From Patescibacteria group bacterium (GTDB taxonomy: Bacteria > Patescibacteriota > Minisyncoccia > Phycocordibacterales > SBAW01), in the NCBI GenBank assembly GCA_019752125.1, contig JAIEMM010000010.1, positions 6,558 through 70,557 on the forward strand: a stretch of 64,000 bases of DNA, written 5' to 3'. Position 1 is the stretch's first letter; every line of letters begins with the position of its first letter. The notes under the pieces are model-generated. The model ran no database searches, had not been told where the DNA came from, and saw nothing but the letters and a program-made list of their open reading frames with translations. Both the position numbers and the translations under genes were made by a program. This document shows, one piece after another, positions 27,331 to 36,041 of the stretch.

Positions 27331-29070
27331 ATGCGTGCATTTTGGCGCAAACACTCTACAAACGCAGAAGCTACATATCGTTCATTCTCAGCGAGCGGTC
27401 GCGCCCTCTTTCTCTTTTTTGCTGCGCTCCTTATTGTAAGTAGTACTGGTCTTGTCTATATACTCAATGCGCGTCTACTTGTTGTTATCCCTACCCACGG
27501 TGGCTCGCTACACGAAGGTGTTATAGGGGCCCCTCGCTTTATTAACCCCATATTGGCAATATCAGACGCAGACCTAGATCTTACGAGCCTTGTGTATTCA
27601 GGCTTGTTGAGAGCAACGTCTGATGGCGGCTATACTCCCGATCTGGCATCCGACTACACCATTTCCCCTGATGGCCTGATATATACGTTCCACATACGTC
27701 CAAATGCCATATTCCAGAATGGCACTCCTGTTACTGCCGATGACGTTGTCTTTACAATACAAAAAACACAAGACCCTGAACTCAAAAGCCCTAAACGTGC
27801 AAATTGGGTTGGCGTAACAGTAACTGGAGTTGATTCGCACACAGTGCAATTTACCCTCAAGGCTCCGTATGCGCCGTTTATCGAAAACTTAACGCTCGGC
27901 ATTCTGCCAAAAAGCCTCTGGCAAAATATCAGCGATGACGAATTCCCATTCAGTAATTTAAATACCTCACCAATAGGTTCGGGACCATTTAAAGTTTCCA
28001 ACATCACTCGCACATCCTCTGGTATCCCCTCTTCATATAGCCTCAATGCATTCTCCCGCTACGTACTAGGCACAGCATATTTGGACAACATTACGTTTAC
28101 GTTTTACCAAAACGATGACGATCTTGTAACCGCTTTGAAGAGCGGGGCTGTCGACTCAGCGAGCGGAATTTCGCCCGCTGCACTTTCGGCCTTGAAAGGC
28201 CTTACAGTAGACACCACCTCACTTAACCGCGTCTTTGCAGTCTTCTTCAATCAAAATCAGTCAGTCGTGCTCCGTGACGTAGCAGTACGCCAGGCGCTTA
28301 ACAATTCGATCGACCGCAGCGCCCTTGTACAGCAAGTCCTCAATGGTTACGGTACCCCACTTGTAGGCCCTGTGCCCCCGAGTGTTATGAAAACTCTAGA
28401 CGTGCTACCCCTTACTGCAAGCTCTACCCTACAAGCGTCACTTATTGAAAAGGCAGGAAAAACACTCGACGCAGCTGGCTGGACCATGGGCGAAGATGGC
28501 GTTCGTCAAAAAATCACGGGTACTGGAAAAACAAAGAAGACTCAGACGCTTGAATTCTCGCTTGCAACCGACAATGTGCCTGAACTCCGCGCCGCCGCTC
28601 AATACATCCAAAACGCGTGGTCACAGCTCGGTGTAAAAGTTACTACCCAGATTTACGATCAAGGCGATCTTTCGGAAAACGTCATTCGCCCACGCAAATA
28701 TGATGCGTTGCTCTTTGGAGAAATTATAGGCCGCGAACTCGATCTCTTCGCATTTTGGGATTCCTCTCAGCGCAACGACCCAGGGCTAAACATTGCCATG
28801 TATGCAAATTCTACGGCAGACAAAGTGCTTGAACAGTTGCGCCAAACAAGCGACGAAGGCAAGCGAGCTTCGCTCTATGAGCAGTTCGACGCACAATTAA
28901 AAAAAGACATCCCCGCAGTATTTCTCTATGCGCCCGATTTCGTGTATATTGTACCCAAGGACTTACACGGGGTTGATCTTGGCTTCATCGAGACCCCCAG
29001 CGACAGGTTTTTGAGCGCCGCATTGTGGCACACGGACACCGACAAGGTATGGCCACCATTTGCACATTAG
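27331..29070 (+). CDS. ABC transporter substrate-binding protein, family 5 (peptide/nickel type), membrane-anchored
   Basis: SBP_bac_5-like: N-terminal anchor, GYTPDLA, ADDVVFTIQK, 579 aa. No permease or ATPase genes are adjacent. Confidence 0.7.
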   Translation: MRAFWRKHSTNAEATYRSFSASGRALFLFFAALLIVSSTGLVYILNARLLVVIPTHGGSLHEGVIGAPRFINPILAISDADLDLTSLVYSGLLRATSDGGYTPDLASDYTISPDGLIYTFHIRPNAIFQNGTPVTADDVVFTIQKTQDPELKSPKRANWVGVTVTGVDSHTVQFTLKAPYAPFIENLTLGILPKSLWQNISDDEFPFSNLNTSPIGSGPFKVSNITRTSSGIPSSYSLNAFSRYVLGTAYLDNITFTFYQNDDDLVTALKSGAVDSASGISPAALSALKGLTVDTTSLNRVFAVFFNQNQSVVLRDVAVRQALNNSIDRSALVQQVLNGYGTPLVGPVPPSVMKTLDVLPLTASSTLQASLIEKAGKTLDAAGWTMGEDGVRQKITGTGKTKKTQTLEFSLATDNVPELRAAAQYIQNAWSQLGVKVTTQIYDQGDLSENVIRPRKYDALLFGEIIGRELDLFAFWDSSQRNDPGLNIAMYANSTADKVLEQLRQTSDEGKRASLYEQFDAQLKKDIPAVFLYAPDFVYIVPKDLHGVDLGFIETPSDRFLSAALWHTDTDKVWPPFAH

Positions 29071-29118
29071 TGCAGTACAAAATTTTAGTATTTATTTATT
29101 CATCAGTAATTAGAACGT

Positions 29119-31008
29119 ATGGAAGAACCGAAAAAGCCGTCCCAGCCGGGACGCACCGGGCGCGGGGCCCGACCAGCAGGATCACGTCCACAGTCCGGCA
29201 AAGGACGCGGACGCCGCAATGATTTCCGTCGTGGTGGACCAAAACCTCACCAGACACATCCGGTGCGCGAGATAAAAGAGCATACTCCGAGCAACTCAAA
29301 CGGAGGTCCGGATGAAAAACCAGTCCCTCCACTTGAGGCTGGGAACATCCGTATTATTCCACTTGGCGGTGTGGAGGAAATCGGCCGCAACATGACAGCA
29401 GTTGAATACGGAGATGACATTGTAATCATCGACTGCGGATTCCAATTCCGTGAAGATGACACTCCGGGCATCGACTACATTTTGCCTAACACCCGTTACC
29501 TTGAAGAGCGTCGCGAAAAAATCCGTGGTCTTTTCATCACACACGGCCACCTCGACCACATAGGTGCTATTCCCTACATCATCGATCGTATCGGCTACCC
29601 TGCCCTGTATACGCGCTTGCTCACTTCTATCATGATCAAGAAGCGTCAGGATGAATTTCCTAACCTCAAACCTCTCACTATTCACGAAGTTGAAAAGAAT
29701 GAGACAGTACGTGCAGGTAAATTGAAAATTCGCTTTTTCTCGGTGACACACACCATCCCAGACTCAATGGGTATCATTATCGAAACTCCCCACGGCAACA
29801 TTGTTGCAACGGGCGACTTGAAGCTCGACCATATAAACGGCGTACCTACTGAAGAAGAAGAAAAAGAGTGGTCAATCTTCAAAGACATGAACGTCTTGAT
29901 GCTTATGGCCGACTCAACCAACTGCGAGGAGCCAGGCTTCTCTCTCCCAGAGCGAACTGTGCGCAAAAATATGGAGGAGATTATTTCGACCACGAAAGGC
30001 CGCCTTATTATCGGCACCTTCTCTTCTCAACTTGAACGTCTCATCCACATCATTGAAACGGCAGCAAACTGTGGCAAGTCTATCTTGATCGAAGGTCGCT
30101 CAATGAAAGTCAACATCGACATAGTGAAGCAGCTCGGCATGCTTAAAGTGCCTGAAAAGACTTTCATTGGTCCACAGGAACTTGAGGCACTTCCCGACAA
30201 CAAGATTCTTATCTTGGCGACAGGTGCACAAGGCGACGAATTTGCTGCGCTTATGCGTATCGCGATGAAGACGCACAAGAACGTCAAAATCAAACCAACC
30301 GACGTGGTACTTCTTTCATCATCTGTTATCCCAGGCAACGAACGTTCAGTTCAAAAACTTAAAGACAACATCTCGCGCCAGGGTGCAAAGATCATTCACC
30401 GCAAGACGATGGATGTCCACGCATCGGGCCACGCAAACCGCGACGAGCTTGTATGGATCCACATGCACGTGAACCCTCGCTTCTTTATGCCGATGCACGG
30501 CTACCACTACATGCTCCGCACGCACGCTGAAATCGCAAAGGCCTGCGGCCGCCGTGAAGAAGAGGTTATCGTCCCCGACAACGGTACGGTTATTGAAATC
30601 CGCGACGAAGGCCAGAGCCTTGTCCGTTTGAAAGAGATGGCACCTAACTCACTTCGTTTGGTGGACGGCTTCTCTATCGGCGACATCCAGGAAGTAGTTA
30701 TCCGCGACAGAAGCGTCTTGGCGCAAGAAGGAATGTTCGTGATTATCGCAACAGTAAATCCAAAGAATGGCCGCTTGCGCAAATCTCCTGACATCATTTC
30801 CCGAGGCTTCGTCTACCTCCGCGAGAACCAGGAACTCCTCCAGCAAACTCGCCTTATCGTTAAGAAAACAATCGAAGACACAACCAAGGGCATGCAGCCG
30901 GTAAACTTCGACTACGTCAAAAACAACGTCACCGACGCCGTCGCCCGCTTCCTCTTCGAGAAAACAAACAAACGCCCTATCGTTATTCCGGTGGTGCTTG
31001 GTGTTTAA
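29119..31008 (+). CDS. rnj: ribonuclease J (metallo-beta-lactamase/beta-CASP) with RG-rich N-terminal extension
   Basis: IIPLGGVEEIGRNMTAVEY, HGHLDHIGAIPY, beta-CASP HASGHA, and an N-terminal 80 aa rich in R/G/P. Confidence 0.85.
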   Translation: MEEPKKPSQPGRTGRGARPAGSRPQSGKGRGRRNDFRRGGPKPHQTHPVREIKEHTPSNSNGGPDEKPVPPLEAGNIRIIPLGGVEEIGRNMTAVEYGDDIVIIDCGFQFREDDTPGIDYILPNTRYLEERREKIRGLFITHGHLDHIGAIPYIIDRIGYPALYTRLLTSIMIKKRQDEFPNLKPLTIHEVEKNETVRAGKLKIRFFSVTHTIPDSMGIIIETPHGNIVATGDLKLDHINGVPTEEEEKEWSIFKDMNVLMLMADSTNCEEPGFSLPERTVRKNMEEIISTTKGRLIIGTFSSQLERLIHIIETAANCGKSILIEGRSMKVNIDIVKQLGMLKVPEKTFIGPQELEALPDNKILILATGAQGDEFAALMRIAMKTHKNVKIKPTDVVLLSSSVIPGNERSVQKLKDNISRQGAKIIHRKTMDVHASGHANRDELVWIHMHVNPRFFMPMHGYHYMLRTHAEIAKACGRREEEVIVPDNGTVIEIRDEGQSLVRLKEMAPNSLRLVDGFSIGDIQEVVIRDRSVLAQEGMFVIIATVNPKNGRLRKSPDIISRGFVYLRENQELLQQTRLIVKKTIEDTTKGMQPVNFDYVKNNVTDAVARFLFEKTNKRPIVIPVVLGV

Positions 31009-31030
31009 ATAGAATTATCTTAGGGCCTAC

Positions 31031-31059
31031 TTGACCTATACTCTTAAATGGGGTATAAT
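31031..31059 (+). promoter_or_regulatory. near-consensus sigma70 promoter (TTGACC-17-TATAAT)
   Basis: ttgacc tatactcttaaatgggg tataat, about 155 nt upstream of the first GC-rich-island gene. The leader contains a 24-codon uORF (MAMNMALPRYDGTIPVRPSKRPAS). Confidence 0.6.
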
Positions 31060-31216
31060 ACGAGTAGGCTCTTTGTAATGTACTACTCAATCCGTCGCAG
31101 CGAAAAATGGCTATGAATATGGCCCTTCCTCGCTACGACGGAACCATTCCGGTGCGTCCTAGCAAGAGACCCGCAAGTAGGTTACCGAACGCGACGTCTG
31201 TATTGGAGGACTAGCT

Positions 31217-31783
31217 ATGAAAAACGAAGCTACCCTTTCTCAAGTTAAGAAAGTTCTCAATCTTCTCGAAGGGCTCGACGCTGAACAAGCGAACCGAGTT
31301 CTCGCGCGAATCGGGAGTGAAGCAGCCGGCGTCCGCAAGGAAGGATCGGTACCTCATTACAGCTACGCCGCCCCTGCGAAAGTAGAGGGTGCGTGGAAAG
31401 TAGTTCTGAAGACGGTTCCGCACAACGAAATCTTCTTCACTATCGCCCACAACGTCTACGGTAACCACATCAGGCACCATCGGTGCCGTTATCAGTTGCG
31501 TTGCTGGAGGGGATCTCCTCTGGGCAACGTCATGAGTTGTGGGCGGTGGGATCCGGGGGATGAAAATCCCAACCTGCTCTTCGAGACACTTATCGAGGAA
31601 CCCCCGCACTGGGAATGCAACTGCTGTTGGCAGCAAACTCTGGAAAAGGCTGGGGTTGAGATTGCCAACGCTGACAAGCCTTTCGCCGCAGGATCGCACT
31701 GGCGTCGGAAAAAGGTCGCTGGAGAATATCGTGCAGAAGCCTTCGGGTTCGATGTTCTCGAACCCACAGCCACCTCAAACTAG
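31217..31783 (+). CDS. hypothetical Cys/His-rich protein (GC-rich island)
   Basis: GGAGGA RBS; 188 aa with a cluster RHHRCRYQLRCW...HWECNCCWQQ; local GC about 60%. Confidence 0.5.
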   Translation: MKNEATLSQVKKVLNLLEGLDAEQANRVLARIGSEAAGVRKEGSVPHYSYAAPAKVEGAWKVVLKTVPHNEIFFTIAHNVYGNHIRHHRCRYQLRCWRGSPLGNVMSCGRWDPGDENPNLLFETLIEEPPHWECNCCWQQTLEKAGVEIANADKPFAAGSHWRRKKVAGEYRAEAFGFDVLEPTATSN

Positions 31784-31944
31784 CTAGTACCATTAAACGC
31801 TCGGGAGAATAGCGTCCAACTCCAGCCCCATACCAACCGGTGTGGGGTTTATTCTTTCCAGTAGTTTTGGGAGTCTAGACAAATCTAAAAAATACTGTAT
31901 TTTAGAGCCATTCAACTGCCGCATTTCGCGGATGGAGGGTTGAA

Positions 31945-32388
31945 ATGGACTTTGATTTCAGAAAGACCTTCGGGCCTTTGTTCAAGAACTATCCCATGAT
32001 GTGGTTTATCGCCGGCCTCGCGGAGATCGTCCTCTTCATCTGGATCTTCATCAGCCCCTTCGACGACGGCTTCGATACGCGTCGCATCCAGGCCATGGTG
32101 TTCATCCCCTTCGTGATGCTGCTGCTGGCTATGACACACAGATACGGCGAAGCCCTCCCTGCTGTAAGGTTCTGTCTTCTCGCCAACAGCGTCACATTGG
32201 CGACCGACAGTGCCCTCTCAATGCCGACGGAGATGACCAGCCTCTTTGGGCCGGTACCCAAGTATCCCCTATATGGATACAGCGTGGCTTCTTGGCCAAC
32301 ACTGGCGACACAGCTAGGCATGGTCCTCCTGATGCTTCTAGTGCTTCACTTCTTCTTGAAGAAGCGGCGCGAAGGCTGCTGGGCATGA
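31945..32388 (+). CDS. hypothetical membrane protein (GC-rich island)
   Basis: GGAGGG RBS, 4 TM helices, hairpin terminator ccgtccggcttcaaaaccggacgg plus T-run at 32400-32430. Confidence 0.5.
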   Translation: MDFDFRKTFGPLFKNYPMMWFIAGLAEIVLFIWIFISPFDDGFDTRRIQAMVFIPFVMLLLAMTHRYGEALPAVRFCLLANSVTLATDSALSMPTEMTSLFGPVPKYPLYGYSVASWPTLATQLGMVLLMLLVLHFFLKKRREGCWA

Positions 32389-32399
32389 ACGCAATACGA

Positions 32400-32432
32400 C
32401 CACCGTCCGGCTTCAAAACCGGACGGCTTTCT
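32400..32432 (+). terminator. intrinsic terminator
   Basis: ccgtccggcttcaaaaccggacggctttctttttt. Confidence 0.65.
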
Positions 32433-32520
32433 TTTTTCCACTTTTACAAAGGACGATCTTTTGTAAAAGAAAAACCTCTGGATGTTGAGTCCAGAGGTTC
32501 TTTGTATGTGTTGAGGATTC

Positions 32521-33369
32521 TTACCGACGAACCGCCAGCTTGAGCCAGCGCACCGCGATGAGCTCGTGGAGCACGAACCCCAGGCCAGCGCCGATGAGAG
32601 TCCCAGCGACGAAGTTGCCGAGGCCGAAGCCCAACAACGCACCGAGTCCAGCCGCCACGAAGCAAATCGCGCGCCGCGAAGAGTGCACGCGGATGAACGT
32701 CGCGGCGATGAACTTCGACGCAGACATCATGGCGACGTCGAGAAAGCTGGAGATTGCGCCGATGATGGTCGGCGAAAGTTTCACCAGCCACCACAGACCT
32801 TTCAGCCCCAGGTAGATGACGTTGACGGGATTACCGTCGCGCGCCATCTCCCAGTACATTGTCTCCGCGCAACGAAGTCTGTCTTCGTATTCGGAGTCGG
32901 TCATCTCCGCGGGGCGCCTGAGAGACTCAAACGATGCCCAGGTTCCGAACGTCAAGCTGGCGGCTGGCCAGAAGCAGAAGACGCCGTAGAAAGCCCCCCA
33001 TACGATACCGTCCATGCTTATCCCCGCTGTCCTGTCGAGAAAGCCGACACTGACCAGCGCGACACCAAGCCCAAGGATGGATGTGGCGCATGCAGCTGAC
33101 ATGCCCACCCAGCACGCCATGTAGGTCCGCCAGTAGGCACGGTTGGGCTGCCAGGTGATGGTTGCACGCCAGGAGTCGGCGACGCCAGCGCAGAACTGTC
33201 GGAAGTCGATCGTCACATAGGCGACGATGCCTCCCGAGAGCATGCCGACGGCGGCACACCACCAGCGCAAGGTCGGTGACCAGTAGGTGCTGAGCTCGAG
33301 GCCACCGAGCGAACCGATGAGGGCGCCAAAGGCGCACACAACGGCAACAAGCCAAGATTCGCGCTTCAT
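32521..33369 (-). CDS. hypothetical polytopic membrane protein (GC-rich island)
   Basis: 282 aa, at least 6 TM helices, about 65% GC; convergent hairpin cctctggatgttgagtccagagg downstream. Confidence 0.5.
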   Translation of the reverse strand: MKRESWLVAVVCAFGALIGSLGGLELSTYWSPTLRWWCAAVGMLSGGIVAYVTIDFRQFCAGVADSWRATITWQPNRAYWRTYMACWVGMSAACATSILGLGVALVSVGFLDRTAGISMDGIVWGAFYGVFCFWPAASLTFGTWASFESLRRPAEMTDSEYEDRLRCAETMYWEMARDGNPVNVIYLGLKGLWWLVKLSPTIIGAISSFLDVAMMSASKFIAATFIRVHSSRRAICFVAAGLGALLGFGLGNFVAGTLIGAGLGFVLHELIAVRWLKLAVRR

Positions 33370-33835
33370 TTCACTTCCTCCATGTAGGGCTCAAACACAG
33401 TGTTAAAGAGCCGGTTTAACTGGAATGTTTATACTAGGCATTATAGACATTGTCAATCATACTTACCAAGGACTGTCCTCAGTAATTGTGCTTGGGGTGT
33501 AATTGTGGCAAAATATCCTCGCTCTAACTAGAGAGGATGATCTTTGCCGCACATGCCGCTCGACGCCTTACACCCCCGCAAATCTGGGGGCAAAGCGAGA
33601 GGACACTTGTACGTTCTTGCTGTACAAGAGAACCAGGTCGACGCGCCCAAGAAACCTCGGAGGGTCTGGGAACGACCGCCTCCGTATAAAATTCGGGACG
33701 TGGGCGCGATGAGCACACAGCCCATCAATTCCCCCACACCGGCCGGAATTCGCTCAGGAATTGATCGATTTCGGGCTCGTTATGGCGACTCGTTCAAGAC
33801 ATAGTAGCGGCACCACGCCGCTATTTTCTTTTATA

Positions 33836-34585
33836 TTAACGCAAGAGTTTCTCTAACTTTTTCTCACTCACTCCCCTCTTTAATGCATCGCGGAGTAACG
33901 CGGCACGCTTTTGACGCGTAGACCCTTCGAACTTAGATTGCTTAACGTAGTGTTTGCTTTTGTTGTTTATACGAACACCACTCGCCTTCAAGTATGAGCC
34001 GTAGTCCATCAACGCCGCGTAGAAATCCCTTGGCTCCATCTTCGACTTTTTCAAATCTCGCTCTATTAAAGGCAAAATCTCGTTATCTGCAATCTTCTTC
34101 TCTTGGGAGGCTGAACCTCCCAAATTTTCCGGCGAGGTCCGACCTCGCCTAAAATAATGATGAAGAAAAACTGTACGAATGTTAGTTTCGATAAAGACTT
34201 CGGGTCTATTGTATGAAAATACTGAGACTGCTCGGGCAGTATAAGGGCCAACGCCTGGCAGGCTCTCGAGAAATTCTGTGGTGAATTTTCCGGCAAGGTC
34301 CGACCTCGCCACAACCACCTTAGCGGCTTGGTGGAGAAACTTTGCGCGGCGGTTGTAGCCTAGTCCCTGCCATTCTTTAAGAACGTCTGAAAGAGATGCT
34401 TTTGCCAACGCAGAAAACGTTGGGAAACGTTTGAGAAACGCCTCGTACTTAGGTATCACCCGCGCAACTTGAGTCTGTTGCAGCATCAATTCAGACACTA
34501 AGATCTTGTATGGGTCGCGTGTTTTGCGCCACGGAAGATGCGTTCGCCCAGATTTTTTATAGAAGCTTTTTAGCTCTCGCAACAT
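33836..34585 (-). CDS. HhH-GPD DNA glycosylase (MutY/Nth-like, no Fe-S cysteine cluster)
   Basis: LPWRKTRDPYKILVSELMLQQTQV, GLGYNRRA, HhH LPGVGPYTARAVSVFSYN. The C-x6-C-x2-C-x5-C [4Fe-4S] ligands are absent. Confidence 0.7.
   Translation of the reverse strand: MLRELKSFYKKSGRTHLPWRKTRDPYKILVSELMLQQTQVARVIPKYEAFLKRFPTFSALAKASLSDVLKEWQGLGYNRRAKFLHQAAKVVVARSDLAGKFTTEFLESLPGVGPYTARAVSVFSYNRPEVFIETNIRTVFLHHYFRRGRTSPENLGGSASQEKKIADNEILPLIERDLKKSKMEPRDFYAALMDYGSYLKASGVRINNKSKHYVKQSKFEGSTRQKRAALLRDALKRGVSEKKLEKLLR
34123..34149. repeat. palindromic mini-repeat copy 1 (aattttccggcgAGGTCCGACCTcgcc) inside the glycosylase CDS
   Basis: 27-nt element, 26/27 identical to copy 2 at 34284-34310, with an internal 9-bp palindrome ggcgaggtc/gacctcgcc. 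Confidence 0.7.
34284..34310. repeat. palindromic mini-repeat copy 2 (aattttccggcaAGGTCCGACCTcgcc) inside the glycosylase CDS, different reading frame
   Basis: Same 27-mer 161 nt downstream; translated in a different frame from copy 1 (VARSDLAGKF versus FRRGRTSPENL). Confidence 0.7.
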
Positions 34586-34599
34586 GCAAAACTATCATA

Positions 34600-34625
34600 A
34601 CAAAAACCCCCTGTTGGGGAGGTTC
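34600..34625 (-). terminator. short intrinsic terminator closing the tRNA-like element 2 unit
   Basis: Minus strand CCUCCCCAACAGGGGGUUUUUG. Confidence 0.45.
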
Positions 34626-34660
34626 TTGTTTCTGCTGGCTCCAGAGGATTTCTCCTCAAC

Positions 34661-34679
34661 TACGACATAGGACTCGGTA
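34661..34679 (-). repeat. 19-nt segment perfectly complementary to the body of tRNA-like element 2 (tacgacataggactcggta / its reverse complement at 34769-34787)
   Basis: Perfect 19-bp inverted repeat read directly; the partner lies within the D/anticodon region of the tRNA-like element. Confidence 0.75.
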
Positions 34680-34732
34680 TGGATAAATGATATTCTGATT
34701 CTGAACTATGTCAAACCCTTTTCCGCTAGTAC

Positions 34733-34801
34733 AGCCAACAGAGGGGGGTCGAACCCTCGACACAGGATTACCGAGTCCTATGTCGTAACCATACTGTTGG
34801 C
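34733..34801 (-). ncRNA. tRNA-like element 2 (irregular tRNA, possible Pro-CGG anticodon in an 8-nt loop)
   Basis: Reverse complement GCCAACAGTATGGTTACGACATAGGACTCGGTAATCCTGTGTCGAGGGTTCGACCCCCCTCTGTTGGCT has a perfect 7-bp acceptor and T-arm GAGGG-TTCGACC(C)-CCCTC. Only 69 nt, with 8-nt anticodon and T loops. Confidence 0.5.
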
Positions 34802-34886
34802 TTATTCCATCGCATCGGTACGTGCGATGGTGAGACAACAATATCAAATACAGTACTGAAATAATTTTAAAATTTACATAACAAAA

Positions 34887-34925
34887 ACCTCCCTGGTCCG
34901 CCAAGCGGCGGAGAGGGAGGTTTTT
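34887..34925. terminator. bidirectional hairpin terminator after the RRM gene
   Basis: aaaaacctccct-ggtccgccaagcggcggag-agggaggttttt. Confidence 0.6.
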
Positions 34926-34938
34926 GAAAGGGACAGAA

Positions 34939-35193
34939 TTACTGTGCCTTTGGGCGTGCGTCAGAAACTGTGAGCATGCGACCACCGAAGTCCTTGCCAT
35001 TCCACATAGAAATAGCGGCGTCGGCGCCAGCATCATCTGCCATTTCAACGAAGCCGAAGCCACGTGAACGACCAGTTTCGCGGTCAGTAACGATAGATGC
35101 CGAAGCAACTTCGCCTGCCTGTGCGAACGCATCGCGGAGCTCGTCACCCGTAGTACGGTATGGGAGTCCGCCGATGAACAATTTGCGTGCCAT
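34939..35193 (-). CDS. RRM-type RNA-binding protein
   Basis: Start at MARKLFIGGLPY (RNP2); RNP1 RGFGFVEM; 84 aa, typical bacterial Rbp. Confidence 0.8.
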   Translation of the reverse strand: MARKLFIGGLPYRTTGDELRDAFAQAGEVASASIVTDRETGRSRGFGFVEMADDAGADAAISMWNGKDFGGRMLTVSDARPKAQ

Positions 35194-35351
35194 AATGCGC
35201 GAATTCAAAACAACTAAATAAGATGTTCTGGTAAGGCGACCCTCCGAACTTCTTCCGCGCAAACGGACCTCGTGGAGATACTTACTTGAACATTAGTAGC
35301 ATAGCACATCTATATGAAATTGCAAGTAAATCTTGATCAAGAAAAAATGAT

Positions 35352-36041
35352 TTATTTGTTCGTCAGCTTTGCGTATACGACGAGACGTTTGTTGTATGAA
35401 TGAGCGGCTGCATCCCACGCACCGTCACAGGTAATAAGCACAAGCTGTGAAGGCCCTGCCTGAGAAAAAATGACGGACACTGGCGCAGAGTCGAGATTGT
35501 ACTGCGCAGTCTGCGTAACGATGTAAATAAGAGTTTTTCCTGCGCTGTCCGCGACAGTTATGTAGTCCCCCACTTTTACATCAGAGAGATGTTCGAACAC
35601 ACCTGACGTAGTGAGTGCGTTGTTTACATGGCCAGCCATAACTGCGTTACCTACAGCGCCTGGTTTTGAACCTAGTGTGTACCAACCAATGTTTTGGAAG
35701 GACTTAGGGGTTTCCATCGAGCCGTCATCTTTTTTACCAACCTGTTCAATGTTCGCATCGACTCCAATGCTTGGAATTTTTACATGCGTTGGAGTGATAG
35801 GAGTTGTTGTGGCCACCAACGAAACATTAGGAAAGGCCGAAGCAAAACCTTGAGAAGAACCGAGGGTCCCTAACGGTTGAAAGGCAGTCTGCAGAGCATC
35901 TGTTCCACCAACATAATTAAATGCTCGCGAAAAAAGATTCACTGCTCCTATAAGGATCACTAGGCTTCCGATTGCAATCAGGACCCAGCGCGCCAAAGTA
36001 GAATGCTTAGCCAAGTGTGACACTGATAGCTCTTTTGACAT
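35352..36041 (-). CDS. sortase (transpeptidase, TLxTC active site)
   Basis: N-terminal TM anchor, catalytic His region MAGHV, and LVLITCDG (TLxTC Cys). Confidence 0.8.
   Translation of the reverse strand: MSKELSVSHLAKHSTLARWVLIAIGSLVILIGAVNLFSRAFNYVGGTDALQTAFQPLGTLGSSQGFASAFPNVSLVATTTPITPTHVKIPSIGVDANIEQVGKKDDGSMETPKSFQNIGWYTLGSKPGAVGNAVMAGHVNNALTTSGVFEHLSDVKVGDYITVADSAGKTLIYIVTQTAQYNLDSAPVSVIFSQAGPSQLVLITCDGAWDAAAHSYNKRLVVYAKLTNK

Noticed and set aside
33544-33804. 86-aa ORF in the spacer after the GC-rich island
   Set aside because: Weak RBS, Pro/Arg-rich composition, no domain; it could be a remnant of the island, so it is left unannotated.
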